Shown here piece after piece: positions 47,066 through 57,294 of a DNA stretch of 64,000 nt. The notes under the pieces were generated by a model, which saw only the letters and a list, made by a program, of their open reading frames with translations, was not told where the DNA came from and ran no database searches. This stretch comes from Limnochordia bacterium (lineage in GTDB: Bacteria > Bacillota > Limnochordia > DTU080). The stretch is taken from positions 480,001 through 544,000 of the forward strand of contig JBMNJG010000007.1 of assembly GCA_050951545.1 (NCBI GenBank). The letters run 5' to 3'. Each line of letters begins with the position of its first letter. Position 1 is the first letter of the stretch. A program made the position numbers and the translations under genes.

Positions 47066-47822
47066 TGTGGGCCGCTTGACTACCTGGCTTTTGGTTCTCA
47101 GCGCATGGGCTGCGCCTGTCGCCTGGGCACAGAGCGTGGCTGTGCCTCGGGTCACGTTGGCCTTTGGTGCAGCCGAAGAGCCCCAGGATCTGGTGCTGAG
47201 CCTGCAGGTCATCATCCTGTTGACGATTCTCGCCCTGGCGCCATCAATACTGGTCCTGCTGACATCCTTCACGCGGACAGTGGTTGTGCTTTCTTTCACA
47301 CGGACCGCATTGGGCACAAATCAGATGCCCCCCAACCAGGTGCTTATCGGTTTGGCGCTATTTCTCACTCTGTTCACCATGGCGCCCACGTTGCAGCAGA
47401 TCAATAGCAGCGCGCTGCAGCCGTATCTTGCGGGTGAGCTAGAGTTTCGGGCCGCTGGCCAGTTGGCTCAGCGACCCCTGCGGGCGTTCATGTTGCAGCA
47501 TACGCGGGAAAAGGACTTGCATCTGTTCCTGGAGATGGCTGGAGACGAGCCCCCGGCAGACCCTCACGAGGTGGGCACCCATGTCCTCATACCAGCCTTT
47601 GTGATCAGTGAGCTCAAGAGTGCCTTTCAGATGGGTTTCGTGCTCTACATACCTTTCATTGTGATCGATATGATCGTTGCCAGCGTGCTTCTCTCACTAG
47701 GGATGATGATGCTGCCGCCCATGATGATCTCGCTGCCGCTGAAGATTCTTCTGTTTGTGCTTGCCGATGGCTGGCATCTTGTGGTGCGTTCGATTCTGCT
47801 GAGCTACCAGGTGGGGGGGTAG
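47037..47822 (+). CDS. fliP: Export gate protein FliP
   Basis: TSFTR, PPNQVLIGLALFLT, PAFVISELK and LGMMMLPP; GTG start after AGGGAGG. Confidence 0.95.
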   Translation: MQRPFLRGRDVGRLTTWLLVLSAWAAPVAWAQSVAVPRVTLAFGAAEEPQDLVLSLQVIILLTILALAPSILVLLTSFTRTVVVLSFTRTALGTNQMPPNQVLIGLALFLTLFTMAPTLQQINSSALQPYLAGELEFRAAGQLAQRPLRAFMLQHTREKDLHLFLEMAGDEPPADPHEVGTHVLIPAFVISELKSAFQMGFVLYIPFIVIDMIVASVLLSLGMMMLPPMMISLPLKILLFVLADGWHLVVRSILLSYQVGG

Positions 47823-47826
47823 GGCC

Positions 47827-48096
47827 GTGACAGATGGGGAGGCCGTGCGCTTGGGTAGAGAGGCCCTGATCACCGTCTTGGCAGTGGCTGGGCCCGTACT
47901 GGGGTTGGGGCTGATCACGGGGCTCATAGTCAGCATCGTTCAGGCAGTGACGCAGATTCAAGAGCAGACGCTGAGTTTCGTGCCCAAGATACTGGCGGCT
48001 TTGGTGGCCATCGCCATCTTTGGTCCGTGGATGCTGCACAAACTCGTCGATTACGCCGTAACGCTTCTGTCTGCCATGCCGCAGTACGTACGATGA
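47827..48096 (+). CDS. fliQ: Export gate protein FliQ
   Basis: QAVTQIQEQTLSFVPKI. Confidence 0.95.
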   Translation: MTDGEAVRLGREALITVLAVAGPVLGLGLITGLIVSIVQAVTQIQEQTLSFVPKILAALVAIAIFGPWMLHKLVDYAVTLLSAMPQYVR

Positions 48097-48881
48097 ACAC
48101 GGTCTGGTTTTCGGAGGCTGTGGTGGAGAGCTTACTGGCCTCCTTGCCAGTCTTTGGTCGCATTCTAGGCCTGATTGTGGGTTCTCCCGTGTTAGGTCAG
48201 AAAGGGGTTCCAGTGCAGACCAAAGTGGGTTTGAGTCTATTGCTCACCGCCCTTCTTGCCCCCCATACGGCTGTACCTATGAAGTTGAACATGCTGCAGC
48301 GGGCCGCACTATGCGGTGAGGAGTTGGTGGTCGGGTTATGCATGGGGTTTGTGGCCAGGATGATCTTTGTCGCCGTACAGGTGGCTGGTCAGTTTGTGGA
48401 GGTGCCCATAGGTTTGGGCATGTCCGGTGTCCTGGATCTCACTGGAGGGGCACGGGTGCCGCTTTTTGGTCAGTTTTACTACTTCCTGATCGCCATGGTC
48501 TTTCTCACTGTCGATGGTCATCTGGCTGTGCTGCGGGCGCTGGGCGACAGCTTCCGGCTTCTGCCTCCGGGCAGTCCGCTGTGGGGAGAGGGGGCTGTCC
48601 AAGTGATCATCAAGGCCTTTGCTGACATGTTTTTGGCGGGAGTGGCGGTTGCCATACCCATTCTGGCGGCCGTTCTGGTGACGGATACGGTCTTGGCCCT
48701 GGCCAACCGAGCCGTTCCTCAGCTCAGCATTTTCTCCATCGGCTTCCCGTTGAAGACGGCTGTCGGACTGTTAGCGGCTATGGTCTCCTTGCCTTTTCTG
48801 ATCCATTGGGCCGTAGGTGCGTTGGGGCCGGAAGGTGCGCTTATCGCTCAGGTATACGGCTTTCTGCAGGGCCTGCGTTAG
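48093..48881 (+). CDS. fliR: Export gate protein FliR
   Basis: AVQVAGQ, DGHL and NRAVPQLSIFSIGFPLK. Confidence 0.93.
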   Translation: MNTVWFSEAVVESLLASLPVFGRILGLIVGSPVLGQKGVPVQTKVGLSLLLTALLAPHTAVPMKLNMLQRAALCGEELVVGLCMGFVARMIFVAVQVAGQFVEVPIGLGMSGVLDLTGGARVPLFGQFYYFLIAMVFLTVDGHLAVLRALGDSFRLLPPGSPLWGEGAVQVIIKAFADMFLAGVAVAIPILAAVLVTDTVLALANRAVPQLSIFSIGFPLKTAVGLLAAMVSLPFLIHWAVGALGPEGALIAQVYGFLQGLR

Positions 48882-48887
48882 TGAGGT

Positions 48888-49970
48888 GTGACGATGCCGC
48901 CTGATGTCGGTGGGGAGCGCACAGAACCCGCAACTCCCAAAAGACGGCAGGAGGTACGCAAGAAGGGGCAATTTGCGCGTACTGCGGAGTTGGGACCAGC
49001 GCTGATCTTGCTGGGGGCCTATGCTGTGCTGAAAAGCCGCGGCCGGGCGATGGGCGAAGCGGCAGTGCGAATGCTACGGTACGGGATCTCGGCCGCCGCA
49101 GAGAGCGAAGCGCTGACCCCGAGCACGGTTGGCGCCCTACTGATTCCGCAGGTGGTGGCGGCCGGGAAGATTCTGGGGCCACTTCTCGTCGCTACGGCGG
49201 GCGCGGCCTTGGCGGGTCAGCTCTTCCAGGTCGGTTTCGTCTTGGCCAGCGTGCCGCTCAAGCCAGATTGGCATCGGGTGAATCCGCTGGAGGGGATGAA
49301 GCGCCTGCTGAGCAGGCGAGCACTCGTAGAGCTGGTTCGGAGCCTGCTCAAAGTGGGCGCTATCGGTCTGTTGGGCTGGCCAGTACTGCGGGAGACTCTG
49401 TTGGCGGTGCCCGAGTGGATGGAGAGTTCGCCAGCACAAGCAGCTGCGGCTACGGGAGCTTTGGTTGGCAGACTGACCACGAGGGTGGGAGCAGCTTTCG
49501 TTGTAGTCGCGGTGGCTGACTACATCTACCAGCGATGGGACCACGAAAAGAGCATCCGCATGACTCGGAAGGAAGTGGAAGAGGAGCTGCGAGAGAGCGA
49601 GGGCGACCCGCAAATCCGTGGCCGCATACGGCAACGGCAGCGCAAGTTGGCCATGAGTCGCATGCTCAAAGAGGTGGAACGAGCTGACGTCGTGGTCACC
49701 AACCCTGTGCACGTGGCGGTCGCCTTACGCTACGACGCGGAGCGGATGGCGGCCCCCGTGATCACTGCTCGCGGGGCCGGGGAGCTCGCCCAGCGGATCA
49801 AGCAGGTGGCTGAGCAGCATCGGGTGCCCGTGGTGCGCCATGAGACGCTAGCCAGAGGGCTCTACTACGGTGCGGATGTAGGAGAACAGGTGCCGCTAGA
49901 GTTGTTTCAGGCGGTGGCTGAGGTGCTGGCTTATGTGTACAGGTTGCGGGGCAGAAACGGCAGGCAGTAG
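48888..49970 (+). CDS. flhB: Export switch protein FlhB
   Basis: ERTEPATPKR, ESEGDPQI and TNPVHVAVAL. Confidence 0.95.
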   Translation: MTMPPDVGGERTEPATPKRRQEVRKKGQFARTAELGPALILLGAYAVLKSRGRAMGEAAVRMLRYGISAAAESEALTPSTVGALLIPQVVAAGKILGPLLVATAGAALAGQLFQVGFVLASVPLKPDWHRVNPLEGMKRLLSRRALVELVRSLLKVGAIGLLGWPVLRETLLAVPEWMESSPAQAAAATGALVGRLTTRVGAAFVVVAVADYIYQRWDHEKSIRMTRKEVEEELRESEGDPQIRGRIRQRQRKLAMSRMLKEVERADVVVTNPVHVAVALRYDAERMAAPVITARGAGELAQRIKQVAEQHRVPVVRHETLARGLYYGADVGEQVPLELFQAVAEVLAYVYRLRGRNGRQ

Positions 49971-49987
49971 CTGAAAGGAGGAGCTAA

Positions 49988-52075
49988 ATGGCGGAGAGCA
50001 GGCAAGAGAGCATGCTGGGCAGGGGGCTGCAACACGCCGACATCTTCACGGTGTTGGTGGTGGTGCTCATCCTCGTCATGATGATCTTTCCTCTGCCTGC
50101 CGCGATTCTGGACGTTTTTCTGGCGCTGAATATCAGCCTAGCACTGCTGGTCTTGCTCCTGACCATGAATGTGCATCACCCGTTGGAGCTCTCTGCCTTT
50201 CCATCGCTGCTGCTTCTGCTCACTCTCTTTCGCTTGGCGCTTAACGTATCATCGACAAGACTGCTGTTGCTGCACGGATATGCAGGACAGCTTATTCAAG
50301 CCTTTGGCAACTTCGTGATTGGCGGCAACTACGTCGTGGGCTTTGTGGTCTTTCTCATTTTGGTTGTGATCCAGTTCATTGTTATCACCAAAGGGTCCGA
50401 ACGAGTAGCGGAGGTAGCAGCTCGCTTTACGCTCGACGCCATGCCCGGCAAGCAGATGAGCGTCGATGCGGATCTCAATTCGGGACTGATGACCCAGGAG
50501 CAGGCCCGCAGGCGTCGCTGGCAGATCCAGCAGGAGGCCGATTTCTATGGAGCCATGGATGGAGCCAGCAAGTTCGTGAAAGGCGATGCTATAGCGGGTT
50601 TGGTGATCACTGCCATCAATATTCTGGGCGGTCTGGCTGTGGGCGTAGGTCAGCGCGGCTTGGCCTTAGGCGAGGCTTTGCAGAAGTACACGCTGCTGAC
50701 GGTAGGCGACGGTCTGGTAAGCCAGGTGCCAGCCCTCCTGGTCTCCACGGCTACGGGGATCATTATCACGCGGGCGGCATCGGAGAACAACCTGGGCGAA
50801 GATCTGGCCACCCAACTGCTATTTCAGCCGCGAGTGTTGAAGACTGCCGGGGCGGTCATGGCCTTCTTTGGCATCATCCCAGGCCTGCCTGCGCTACCTT
50901 TTGTGGTTATTGGTGGCCTAGCCTATGCACTGGGATTGGTTCTGGGACGCGCGGCTGCCAGTCGTGAGGTGGAAGAGGTACGACAGGAGGCCGCCCAACG
51001 GCTCGAAGAGAGCAAACGGCCGGAAGCGGTCTTGTCGCTGTTACAGAACGATCGGATGGAGCTGGAGATTGGCTACGGGTTGATCGGTCTGGTGGACGCA
51101 GACCAAGGGGGCGATGTTCTTGAACGGATCACTCTGGTTCGCCGCCAGATCGCTCTGGATCTGGGGATCGTGGTTCCGGCCATTCGCATCCGTGACAATA
51201 TGCAGCTGGCCCCCAACGGCTATGTCATCCGAGTGACGGGATTGGAGGCTGGGCGGGGCGAGCTGCTGCTCGATCGCTTGCTGGCTATGGGGCCCGATTT
51301 GGAGAGTGTGGAGGGACTGGAAGGGATCCCCGGCAAAGACCCGGCCTTTGGCTTACCAGCGCTCTGGATCGCGGTACGCCACCGTTTTCAGGCTGAGGAG
51401 GCTGGCCTCACCGTGGTCGAACCTGCGGCAGTATTGGCCACGCATCTCACCCAGGTGATCCGGACCAACGCTCCGGAACTGTTGGGCAGAAGCGAGACTA
51501 AGATGCTTCTGGACGCCCTGAGGCCTGACAATGCGTCCTTGGTTGATGAGATCATCCCTGACATTCTGACTTTAGGGGAAGTCCAGAAGGTGCTGCAGAG
51601 TTTGCTGCGAGAAGGCGTCGCTATCCGCAATCTGGTGGTTATCTTGGAGACCTTGGCCGACCATGGGCGGCAAGTGAAAGAGCCAGAGGCCTTGACCGAG
51701 GTGGTACGCGAGAGCCTGGCGCGTCAGTTATCACAGCAGTATGCCACGGCAGACGGGCACCTGCTCGCCCTCGCTTTGGATCCCCAAGTGGAGGAAGAGC
51801 TGCTAGACCTACTCAGTCAGGGCAACCAGGGCGGGGGCATTGCCTGGGAGCCTGGCCGGGCTCAGGCTTTCATAGAGAAGGTGTCGACGGAGACGCGGGC
51901 GGCCATGGCGCGGGGTGAGCAGCCGGTCCTGTTGGCGCCGCCTTCATTGCGTCTGCCGCTGCGGTTGCTTCTGCAACGGACACTACCCTCGTTGCCAGTG
52001 CTCTCCTATAACGAGGTGATACCTGAGTTGGCGGTGCAGATTTTGGGGATGGTTGGGTTGGCTCATGCGGATTAA
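49988..52075 (+). CDS. flhA: Export protein FlhA
   Basis: RVAEVAARFTLDAMPGKQM and FYGAMDGASKFVKGDA. Confidence 0.96.
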   Translation: MAESRQESMLGRGLQHADIFTVLVVVLILVMMIFPLPAAILDVFLALNISLALLVLLLTMNVHHPLELSAFPSLLLLLTLFRLALNVSSTRLLLLHGYAGQLIQAFGNFVIGGNYVVGFVVFLILVVIQFIVITKGSERVAEVAARFTLDAMPGKQMSVDADLNSGLMTQEQARRRRWQIQQEADFYGAMDGASKFVKGDAIAGLVITAINILGGLAVGVGQRGLALGEALQKYTLLTVGDGLVSQVPALLVSTATGIIITRAASENNLGEDLATQLLFQPRVLKTAGAVMAFFGIIPGLPALPFVVIGGLAYALGLVLGRAAASREVEEVRQEAAQRLEESKRPEAVLSLLQNDRMELEIGYGLIGLVDADQGGDVLERITLVRRQIALDLGIVVPAIRIRDNMQLAPNGYVIRVTGLEAGRGELLLDRLLAMGPDLESVEGLEGIPGKDPAFGLPALWIAVRHRFQAEEAGLTVVEPAAVLATHLTQVIRTNAPELLGRSETKMLLDALRPDNASLVDEIIPDILTLGEVQKVLQSLLREGVAIRNLVVILETLADHGRQVKEPEALTEVVRESLARQLSQQYATADGHLLALALDPQVEEELLDLLSQGNQGGGIAWEPGRAQAFIEKVSTETRAAMARGEQPVLLAPPSLRLPLRLLLQRTLPSLPVLSYNEVIPELAVQILGMVGLAHAD

Positions 52076-53108
52076 GCGGTTCGTGGCACCCACGATGCGA
52101 GATGCAGCGACTCAGGTGCATCGGGAGTTCGGACCCGATGCTCTTATCATGCGGACGGGGCGAGTGCGCCAGCCTGGTCTTTTGGGGCTGTTTCGCCCCA
52201 GATGGATTGCAGTGACCGCGGGTCTGGATGAGCGGGTCGAACGCAAAGTCCCGGAGCGGTCTGCGTCATGTGAAGCCGCCCCAGCGGCTACTAGGTCCGA
52301 GTCGCCAGTATCACAGGGGAAGCTGAACGCCTTAGCCGTTGCCCATTTGGTGAAGCGTCTGCGCCAGCAGGAGGTAGCGGAGGAGTACTTAGGTGAGCTC
52401 AGTGAGCAACTGGAAGCTCGTGTAGGAATGGGCGGTGAGGCACCGCAGAGGCATCTGCTAGGGCTATTGGCAGAGCAGATAAAGGTCGCTCGTCCATGGG
52501 CAGTAGGCTCTGAGAGACCGCTGGTGGTGCCTCTGGTGGGGCCCACTGGCGTCGGCAAGACCACGACTGTGGCTAAGCTCGCCGCTACCTATGCGCTAAG
52601 GTGTGGTTGTCGTGTGGGGTTGGTCACTGCGGACACCTATCGCGTAGCGGCTGTGGAGCAGTTGCGCACCTACGCTGATATCCTCAGCATTCCTTTGGAG
52701 GTTGTCTACTCTCCCGGCGATGTGGCTCCGGCCTTGCAACGGCTTCAGGAGCGTGAACTGGTCTTGGTGGATACAGCTGGCCGCAGTCCTCACAACCAAA
52801 GCCAGATGGAGGAGCTGCGGGCCCTCTTGGCAGAGATGGGGTCATCGCGAGTGCACCTGGTGATCAGTGCCACTACACGCCATGCCGATATGGTGGAGAT
52901 TGTCGATCGCTTCGTCTCCCATGCAGCCATAGAAGGGCTCGTCGTCACCAAGCTGGATGAGACGAACTCCTACGGCATTATCTACAACGTGATCCGCCGT
53001 ACGGGCCAATCGATTGCCTATATCACTAACGGGCAAGGGGTGCCAGAGGATATGGCGGCGGCAGATGCCCTGCAGTTGGCGCGGCTCATCGTGGGGGTGG
53101 AGACGTGA
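52065..53108 (+). CDS. flhF: SRP-family GTPase FlhF
   Basis: GPTGVGKTTTVAKLAA, DTYR, DTAGRS and TKLDET. Confidence 0.94.
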   Translation: MRIKRFVAPTMRDAATQVHREFGPDALIMRTGRVRQPGLLGLFRPRWIAVTAGLDERVERKVPERSASCEAAPAATRSESPVSQGKLNALAVAHLVKRLRQQEVAEEYLGELSEQLEARVGMGGEAPQRHLLGLLAEQIKVARPWAVGSERPLVVPLVGPTGVGKTTTVAKLAATYALRCGCRVGLVTADTYRVAAVEQLRTYADILSIPLEVVYSPGDVAPALQRLQERELVLVDTAGRSPHNQSQMEELRALLAEMGSSRVHLVISATTRHADMVEIVDRFVSHAAIEGLVVTKLDETNSYGIIYNVIRRTGQSIAYITNGQGVPEDMAAADALQLARLIVGVET

Positions 53109-53965
53109 ACGGTCAGGCAGAGGGGTTGCGGCGTCTCGTGCAGCAGGCTAGCCCCAAAAGAGCGAGGTGCGCCCGAGTGATTGCTATTACCAGTGGTAAG
53201 GGTGGGGTCGGGAAGAGTAACCTGGCCGCCAATATGGGAGCCTATTTGGCCAGCTCGGGGCAGCGCACTGCTGTTCTCGATGCCGATCTGGGCTTGGCCA
53301 ACGTCAATATTCTCCTTGGTGTGAACCCTATGTATGATATCGGGCATGTCATCTCTGGCCAGAAGCGGTTACTCGAGATAGGGGTACCGGGGCCAGCGGG
53401 GCTACAGCTTTTCCCCGGTGGTTCGGGGCTATATGAGGTGGCCAATCTATCTCCGTGGCGCTTGGAGACGTTTCTGTGCTCTCTTGCCGAGGTAGAAGAG
53501 GTTTACGACCTGCTCTTGGTGGACACGGGTGCGGGTTTGAGTGAGGCGGTCATCAAGCTGGTCTTGAGTGCAGCAGAGGTATTGCTGGTGACCACACCTG
53601 AGCCCCCGGCTCTGGCAGACGCCTATGGTATGGTGAAGATCATTGCCCAGCGCAGCCCTGGTGCGCGGGTCCATGTGGTGGTCAACATGGTCCGCCAGAT
53701 TGGCGAAGGGCAGATGGTCTTTCAGCACTTGTGGCAGGGGGCTCAACGCTTCTTGGGCTTCGAACTGAATCTGCTGGGCGAAGTGCCCTATGACCCTGCA
53801 GTCAACCGAGCGGTGCAAGAGCAGACCCCGTTTGTGCTGGCCTATCCGCGCTCACCTGCGGGCCGGGCTGTGGCGGAAGTGGCTAGTGAGCTGATCGGGA
53901 CACGGACGCCTACCGCTGGTGGGTTACGCGGTCTTATCAGACGCATGTGGCGAGCGCGTGGATGA
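53105..53965 (+). CDS. flhG: MinD-like ATPase FlhG
   Basis: SGKGGVGKSN, DADLGLAN and TPEP...DAY. Confidence 0.93.
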   Translation: MNGQAEGLRRLVQQASPKRARCARVIAITSGKGGVGKSNLAANMGAYLASSGQRTAVLDADLGLANVNILLGVNPMYDIGHVISGQKRLLEIGVPGPAGLQLFPGGSGLYEVANLSPWRLETFLCSLAEVEEVYDLLLVDTGAGLSEAVIKLVLSAAEVLLVTTPEPPALADAYGMVKIIAQRSPGARVHVVVNMVRQIGEGQMVFQHLWQGAQRFLGFELNLLGEVPYDPAVNRAVQEQTPFVLAYPRSPAGRAVAEVASELIGTRTPTAGGLRGLIRRMWRARG

Positions 53966-53980
53966 GAAGGACGAAGCAAA

Positions 53981-54775
53981 ATGTCTATTTGGAGAGAGCA
54001 CATGCCCCACGCAGTTTGTAACCTCGATGTGCATTGGCAGGCCTACAGGCGCACAGGTGATCATGCCTCTCGTGAGGCCCTTTTGGAGGCTTATGTGCCC
54101 TTGGTGAAGCAGGTAGCCGGGCAGTTGCACGTCAGGTTGCCCGCTACACTTGAACTGGGCGATCTCATCGGCTACGGCACCATGGGGCTAATTGATGCCC
54201 TGCACAAGTTCGAGCCCGGGCTGGGGGTGAAGTTCGAGACCTACGCCAGGACGCGCATTCGCGGGGCGGTTCTGGACGGTCTGCGGGTGCACGATTGGGC
54301 TCCGCGTAGCTTGCGGCAAAAGGGTCGCCAAGTTCAGCAGACCATGGCTGAACTGGAGAGCAGGCTGTGCCGCAGCGCCACGGATGCGGAGATCGCCGCC
54401 GCACTAGGTATCTCGGTTACAGAGTTTGAGGTGCTACTCACACAGCTCAATGGGCTGGCACTTGTGTCATTGGAGCAACCTCTCGATGCAGGTGCCGAGG
54501 GAGTCGGCGGCTCGCTTGCCGAGGTGCTGCCTCAGTCTACAGCCGAAGACCCGCATTCGCGCGTCGAACGGGAAGAGCGCATCGAAGCGTTGGCCGAGGC
54601 TATCGATGCGCTCCCTGAGCGAGAGAGACTGGTCATCGCTCTGTACTACTATGAGGAGCTGACCCTCAAGGAAATTGGTGCGGTGATGGGAGTAAGTGAG
54701 TCGCGTGTGTGCCAGCTACACACCCGAGCTTTGCTGCGCTTACGGGCGCGTCTGGAGCCTCAGTGTGAGGGGTAA
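53981..54775 (+). CDS. fliA: FliA/SigD/WhiG family sigma factor
   Basis: KFETYARTRIRGAVLDGLR..DW and LTLKEIG.VMGVSESRVCQLH. Confidence 0.93.
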   Translation: MSIWREHMPHAVCNLDVHWQAYRRTGDHASREALLEAYVPLVKQVAGQLHVRLPATLELGDLIGYGTMGLIDALHKFEPGLGVKFETYARTRIRGAVLDGLRVHDWAPRSLRQKGRQVQQTMAELESRLCRSATDAEIAAALGISVTEFEVLLTQLNGLALVSLEQPLDAGAEGVGGSLAEVLPQSTAEDPHSRVEREERIEALAEAIDALPERERLVIALYYYEELTLKEIGAVMGVSESRVCQLHTRALLRLRARLEPQCEG

Positions 54776-54777
54776 GC

Positions 54778-55119
54778 ATGCCCACACAACAGAACTCGAT
54801 CTTCGAAGGGGAGTGTTGGGTGTTTGCTCTGGTGCAATGCCTCATGCTTGGGGTCATCATTTGGCAACTACGCGAGATTCGGCGGCTGCTGCGGGCCCGT
54901 GTAGATAACCAGCCGGTGCAGTCGGAGCTTTCGTTTCAAGATATGCTTGATGAGCAGCTGGCCGAGGATGCGGACGAGGGCTGGGGGCAACTGCGGCGTC
55001 AGGCCCTGGACCTGCAGAGAGAGGGGATGTCTCTGGTGGACATCGCTCGTACGTTGGGTCTGGGTCGAGGCGAGGTGCAGCTGCTGCTACTTCCAGAAGA
55101 TAACGGGCGGAAAGCCTAA
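54778..55119 (+). CDS. Small membrane-anchored protein with C-terminal HTH-like motif (SwrB/DUF2802-like)
   Basis: N-terminal TM and GMSLVDIARTLGLGRGEVQLLL; follows the sigma-28 gene. Confidence 0.7.
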   Translation: MPTQQNSIFEGECWVFALVQCLMLGVIIWQLREIRRLLRARVDNQPVQSELSFQDMLDEQLAEDADEGWGQLRRQALDLQREGMSLVDIARTLGLGRGEVQLLLLPEDNGRKA

Positions 55120-55144
55120 AGAGTATCTCTCAGATGGTCGATAT
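55117..55144 (+). promoter_or_regulatory. Sigma-28 promoter of flgM
   Basis: TAAA-N16-GTCGATAT versus consensus TAAA-N15/16-GCCGATAT; -35 overlaps the upstream stop codon. Confidence 0.75.
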
Positions 55145-55193
55145 AAGAGATAGGCGCGCGGCGTGAGTCCGTTGCACAAGTGAGGTGCCGCAC

Positions 55194-55496
55194 ATGGTAA
55201 AGGCGCGTAACATCAACCGAGTACGACAACTGGAGCAACCGCAGACAGAAGGGCTGGCTGCACAGCGGCGCAGCAGGGCCTCCGAGGGCCGTGCCAAGCC
55301 GGAAAGAAAGGATCAGGTGGTCTTGTCTGACCACGCGCAGGCCTTGCTGCGGTTGCAGGAGACAGCGGCGCGCACGCCCGATGTGCGTACCGAGAAGGTT
55401 CAGGCTTTGCGGGAGGCTATCGCTCGCGGGGACTATGAGGTACCGGCGAGAGCTATCGCCGAGAAGATGCTGGACAGCGAGGGAGCTGGTTCATGA
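55194..55496 (+). CDS. flgM: Anti-sigma-28 factor FlgM
   Basis: DQVVLS and DVRTEKVQALREAIARGDYEV...IAEKML. Confidence 0.92.
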   Translation: MVKARNINRVRQLEQPQTEGLAAQRRSRASEGRAKPERKDQVVLSDHAQALLRLQETAARTPDVRTEKVQALREAIARGDYEVPARAIAEKMLDSEGAGS

Positions 55497-55876
55497 ACCC
55501 TGGGCTCTGTGAGGTGCGAGCCTGCTTACAGCAGCTGATGGAGCTGGAGCAGCGCAAACAGGAAGTGATCCTGGCCCAGGGCCACGCCCAGCTGCAGGCC
55601 ATCGCAGAGGCAGAGAGCAGCGTGTTGACTCAGCTGCATCAGGCGGTTGACGCCCTGGGCCATCCACCATCAGAGGCGGTCCTTCCCCTTGAGAGTGCCG
55701 TTGCCGAGGTACGGCGCCTGAGCGCGATCAATGGGGCTTTGTTGCAGGAGCAGTTGGCGGGGGTGGGGGTCTGCCTGGAGCTTTTGGCCCAGATGTCATC
55801 TCCCACGTATGCTCTCGGCGAGGGGCGCTGTAAGGCGGCGCAGCTCACCCCTACCGTCTTTGACGTGCGGGCGTGA
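55493..55876 (+). CDS. flgN: Export chaperone FlgN
   Basis: Helical protein between flgM and flgK with N..LL, TY and FDVRA ending. Confidence 0.75.
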   Translation: MNPGLCEVRACLQQLMELEQRKQEVILAQGHAQLQAIAEAESSVLTQLHQAVDALGHPPSEAVLPLESAVAEVRRLSAINGALLQEQLAGVGVCLELLAQMSSPTYALGEGRCKAAQLTPTVFDVRA

Positions 55877-55914
55877 TGCGCAGAAAGCCGTAGCCGATTC
55901 GAAAGGATGCGTAG

Positions 55915-57288
55915 ATGAGTAGCTTTGTGGGTTTGGAGATCGCTCGGCGGGGCTTGGCGGCCCAGCTGAAGAGCATGGAGGTGGCCGGGCAGAATATCGC
56001 CAATGCCAACTCCCCCGGGTACTCGAGACAGGTGGCTGTGCAGGCGACGGTTGTCGCTGGCCAGGCCAGCTCGGTTCGCTACGGCGGCCAAGACGCGGGG
56101 ATGTCAGGTGTAGAGATCGTGGAGATGCATCGTCACTACGACGCTTTCCTGACGGCGAGGGCGCGTGAGCTTACCGCCCAGCGGCAAGAGGTCTCTACGA
56201 GGCATGATGTACTGGCCAGGCTCGAGGAGTTGCTGCATGAGCCAGGTGAGGCAACTATCGGCACGGCCCTGGAAAACCTATGGGCCTCGTTTGGTCAACT
56301 GGCTACCAACCCGCGCAGTGAGGCGGCACGCAGTACTGTGCTGTACCAGGCGAGTACGCTCACGCGAGCCTTTTGTGAAGTGACCCATGATGTGCACTCG
56401 CTGCAGATGGAGATGGCCGAGCGTGCCCGCTCCGCTGTCGAAAATGTGAATGCGCTTACAGCTAGCCTGGCCGAAGTCAATAGCCGCATTGTGGCTAGTT
56501 CTGCGGCAGTGGGGGCGAGTGCTCCTAATGCGCTCTTGGATGCACGCGATACCCTGTTGGAGGAGTTAGCGGGTCTCGTAGATATCCGGGTGATAGAGCA
56601 GGCCCATGGCGAGGTGCGGGTGTTGGTGGCGGGGCGCTCCTTAGTGGAGGGCATCGGGCAGGCTGAGATGGAGATGACCTCTGTCGCTGGTCAGCTGGAG
56701 CTGTCGCTGGCTGGGGTGGCTGTAGCCGAAGTGGGTGGCTCACTGGGAGGTGCTCTACTTTCTCATAACACAGACATCCCGAAGTATGTGGCGCTCTTAG
56801 GCGAGCTGGCCCGTGATGTGATTACCCAAGTCAACACAGTGCACGCTCAGGGCTATGACATGGATGGGCACCCGGCCGTAGACTTCTTCACCGGGAGCTG
56901 CGCTAGCAGTATGGCGGTGGCCGTCGACGGTCGCCAGATGGCCGTATCGGCCGCAGCAGATGGCAGCGATGGGGTGGTGGCCCAGAGGCTGGCAGATCTG
57001 CGTCACTCGCCAGCGAGCGCCGAGCTGGCTCCGGGAGCTAGGTACGTGGGGCTGATCTCGGAGCTGGGAGCCGAGGCCGCCTCTCTGGGCGTTCGGCGTG
57101 AGAATACCCAGGTGCTGACGCAGTTTGCGCAGATGCGGCGGGATTCTCTCTCGGGAGTTTCGCTGGATGAGGAGCTGGCGGATGTCATGCGCTTTCAGCA
57201 GGCCTATGCTGCTGCAGCTCGAATGCTCACCGCCATTGATGAAGCGCTCGATGTGTTGATCAACCGGACAGGTCTCGTGGGCAGGTAG
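55915..57288 (+). CDS. flgK: Hook-associated protein FlgK
   Basis: GQNIANANSPGYSRQ, LLDARD and SGVSLDEE. Confidence 0.94.
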   Translation: MSSFVGLEIARRGLAAQLKSMEVAGQNIANANSPGYSRQVAVQATVVAGQASSVRYGGQDAGMSGVEIVEMHRHYDAFLTARARELTAQRQEVSTRHDVLARLEELLHEPGEATIGTALENLWASFGQLATNPRSEAARSTVLYQASTLTRAFCEVTHDVHSLQMEMAERARSAVENVNALTASLAEVNSRIVASSAAVGASAPNALLDARDTLLEELAGLVDIRVIEQAHGEVRVLVAGRSLVEGIGQAEMEMTSVAGQLELSLAGVAVAEVGGSLGGALLSHNTDIPKYVALLGELARDVITQVNTVHAQGYDMDGHPAVDFFTGSCASSMAVAVDGRQMAVSAAADGSDGVVAQRLADLRHSPASAELAPGARYVGLISELGAEAASLGVRRENTQVLTQFAQMRRDSLSGVSLDEELADVMRFQQAYAAAARMLTAIDEALDVLINRTGLVGR

Positions 57289-57294
57289 AGGAGG

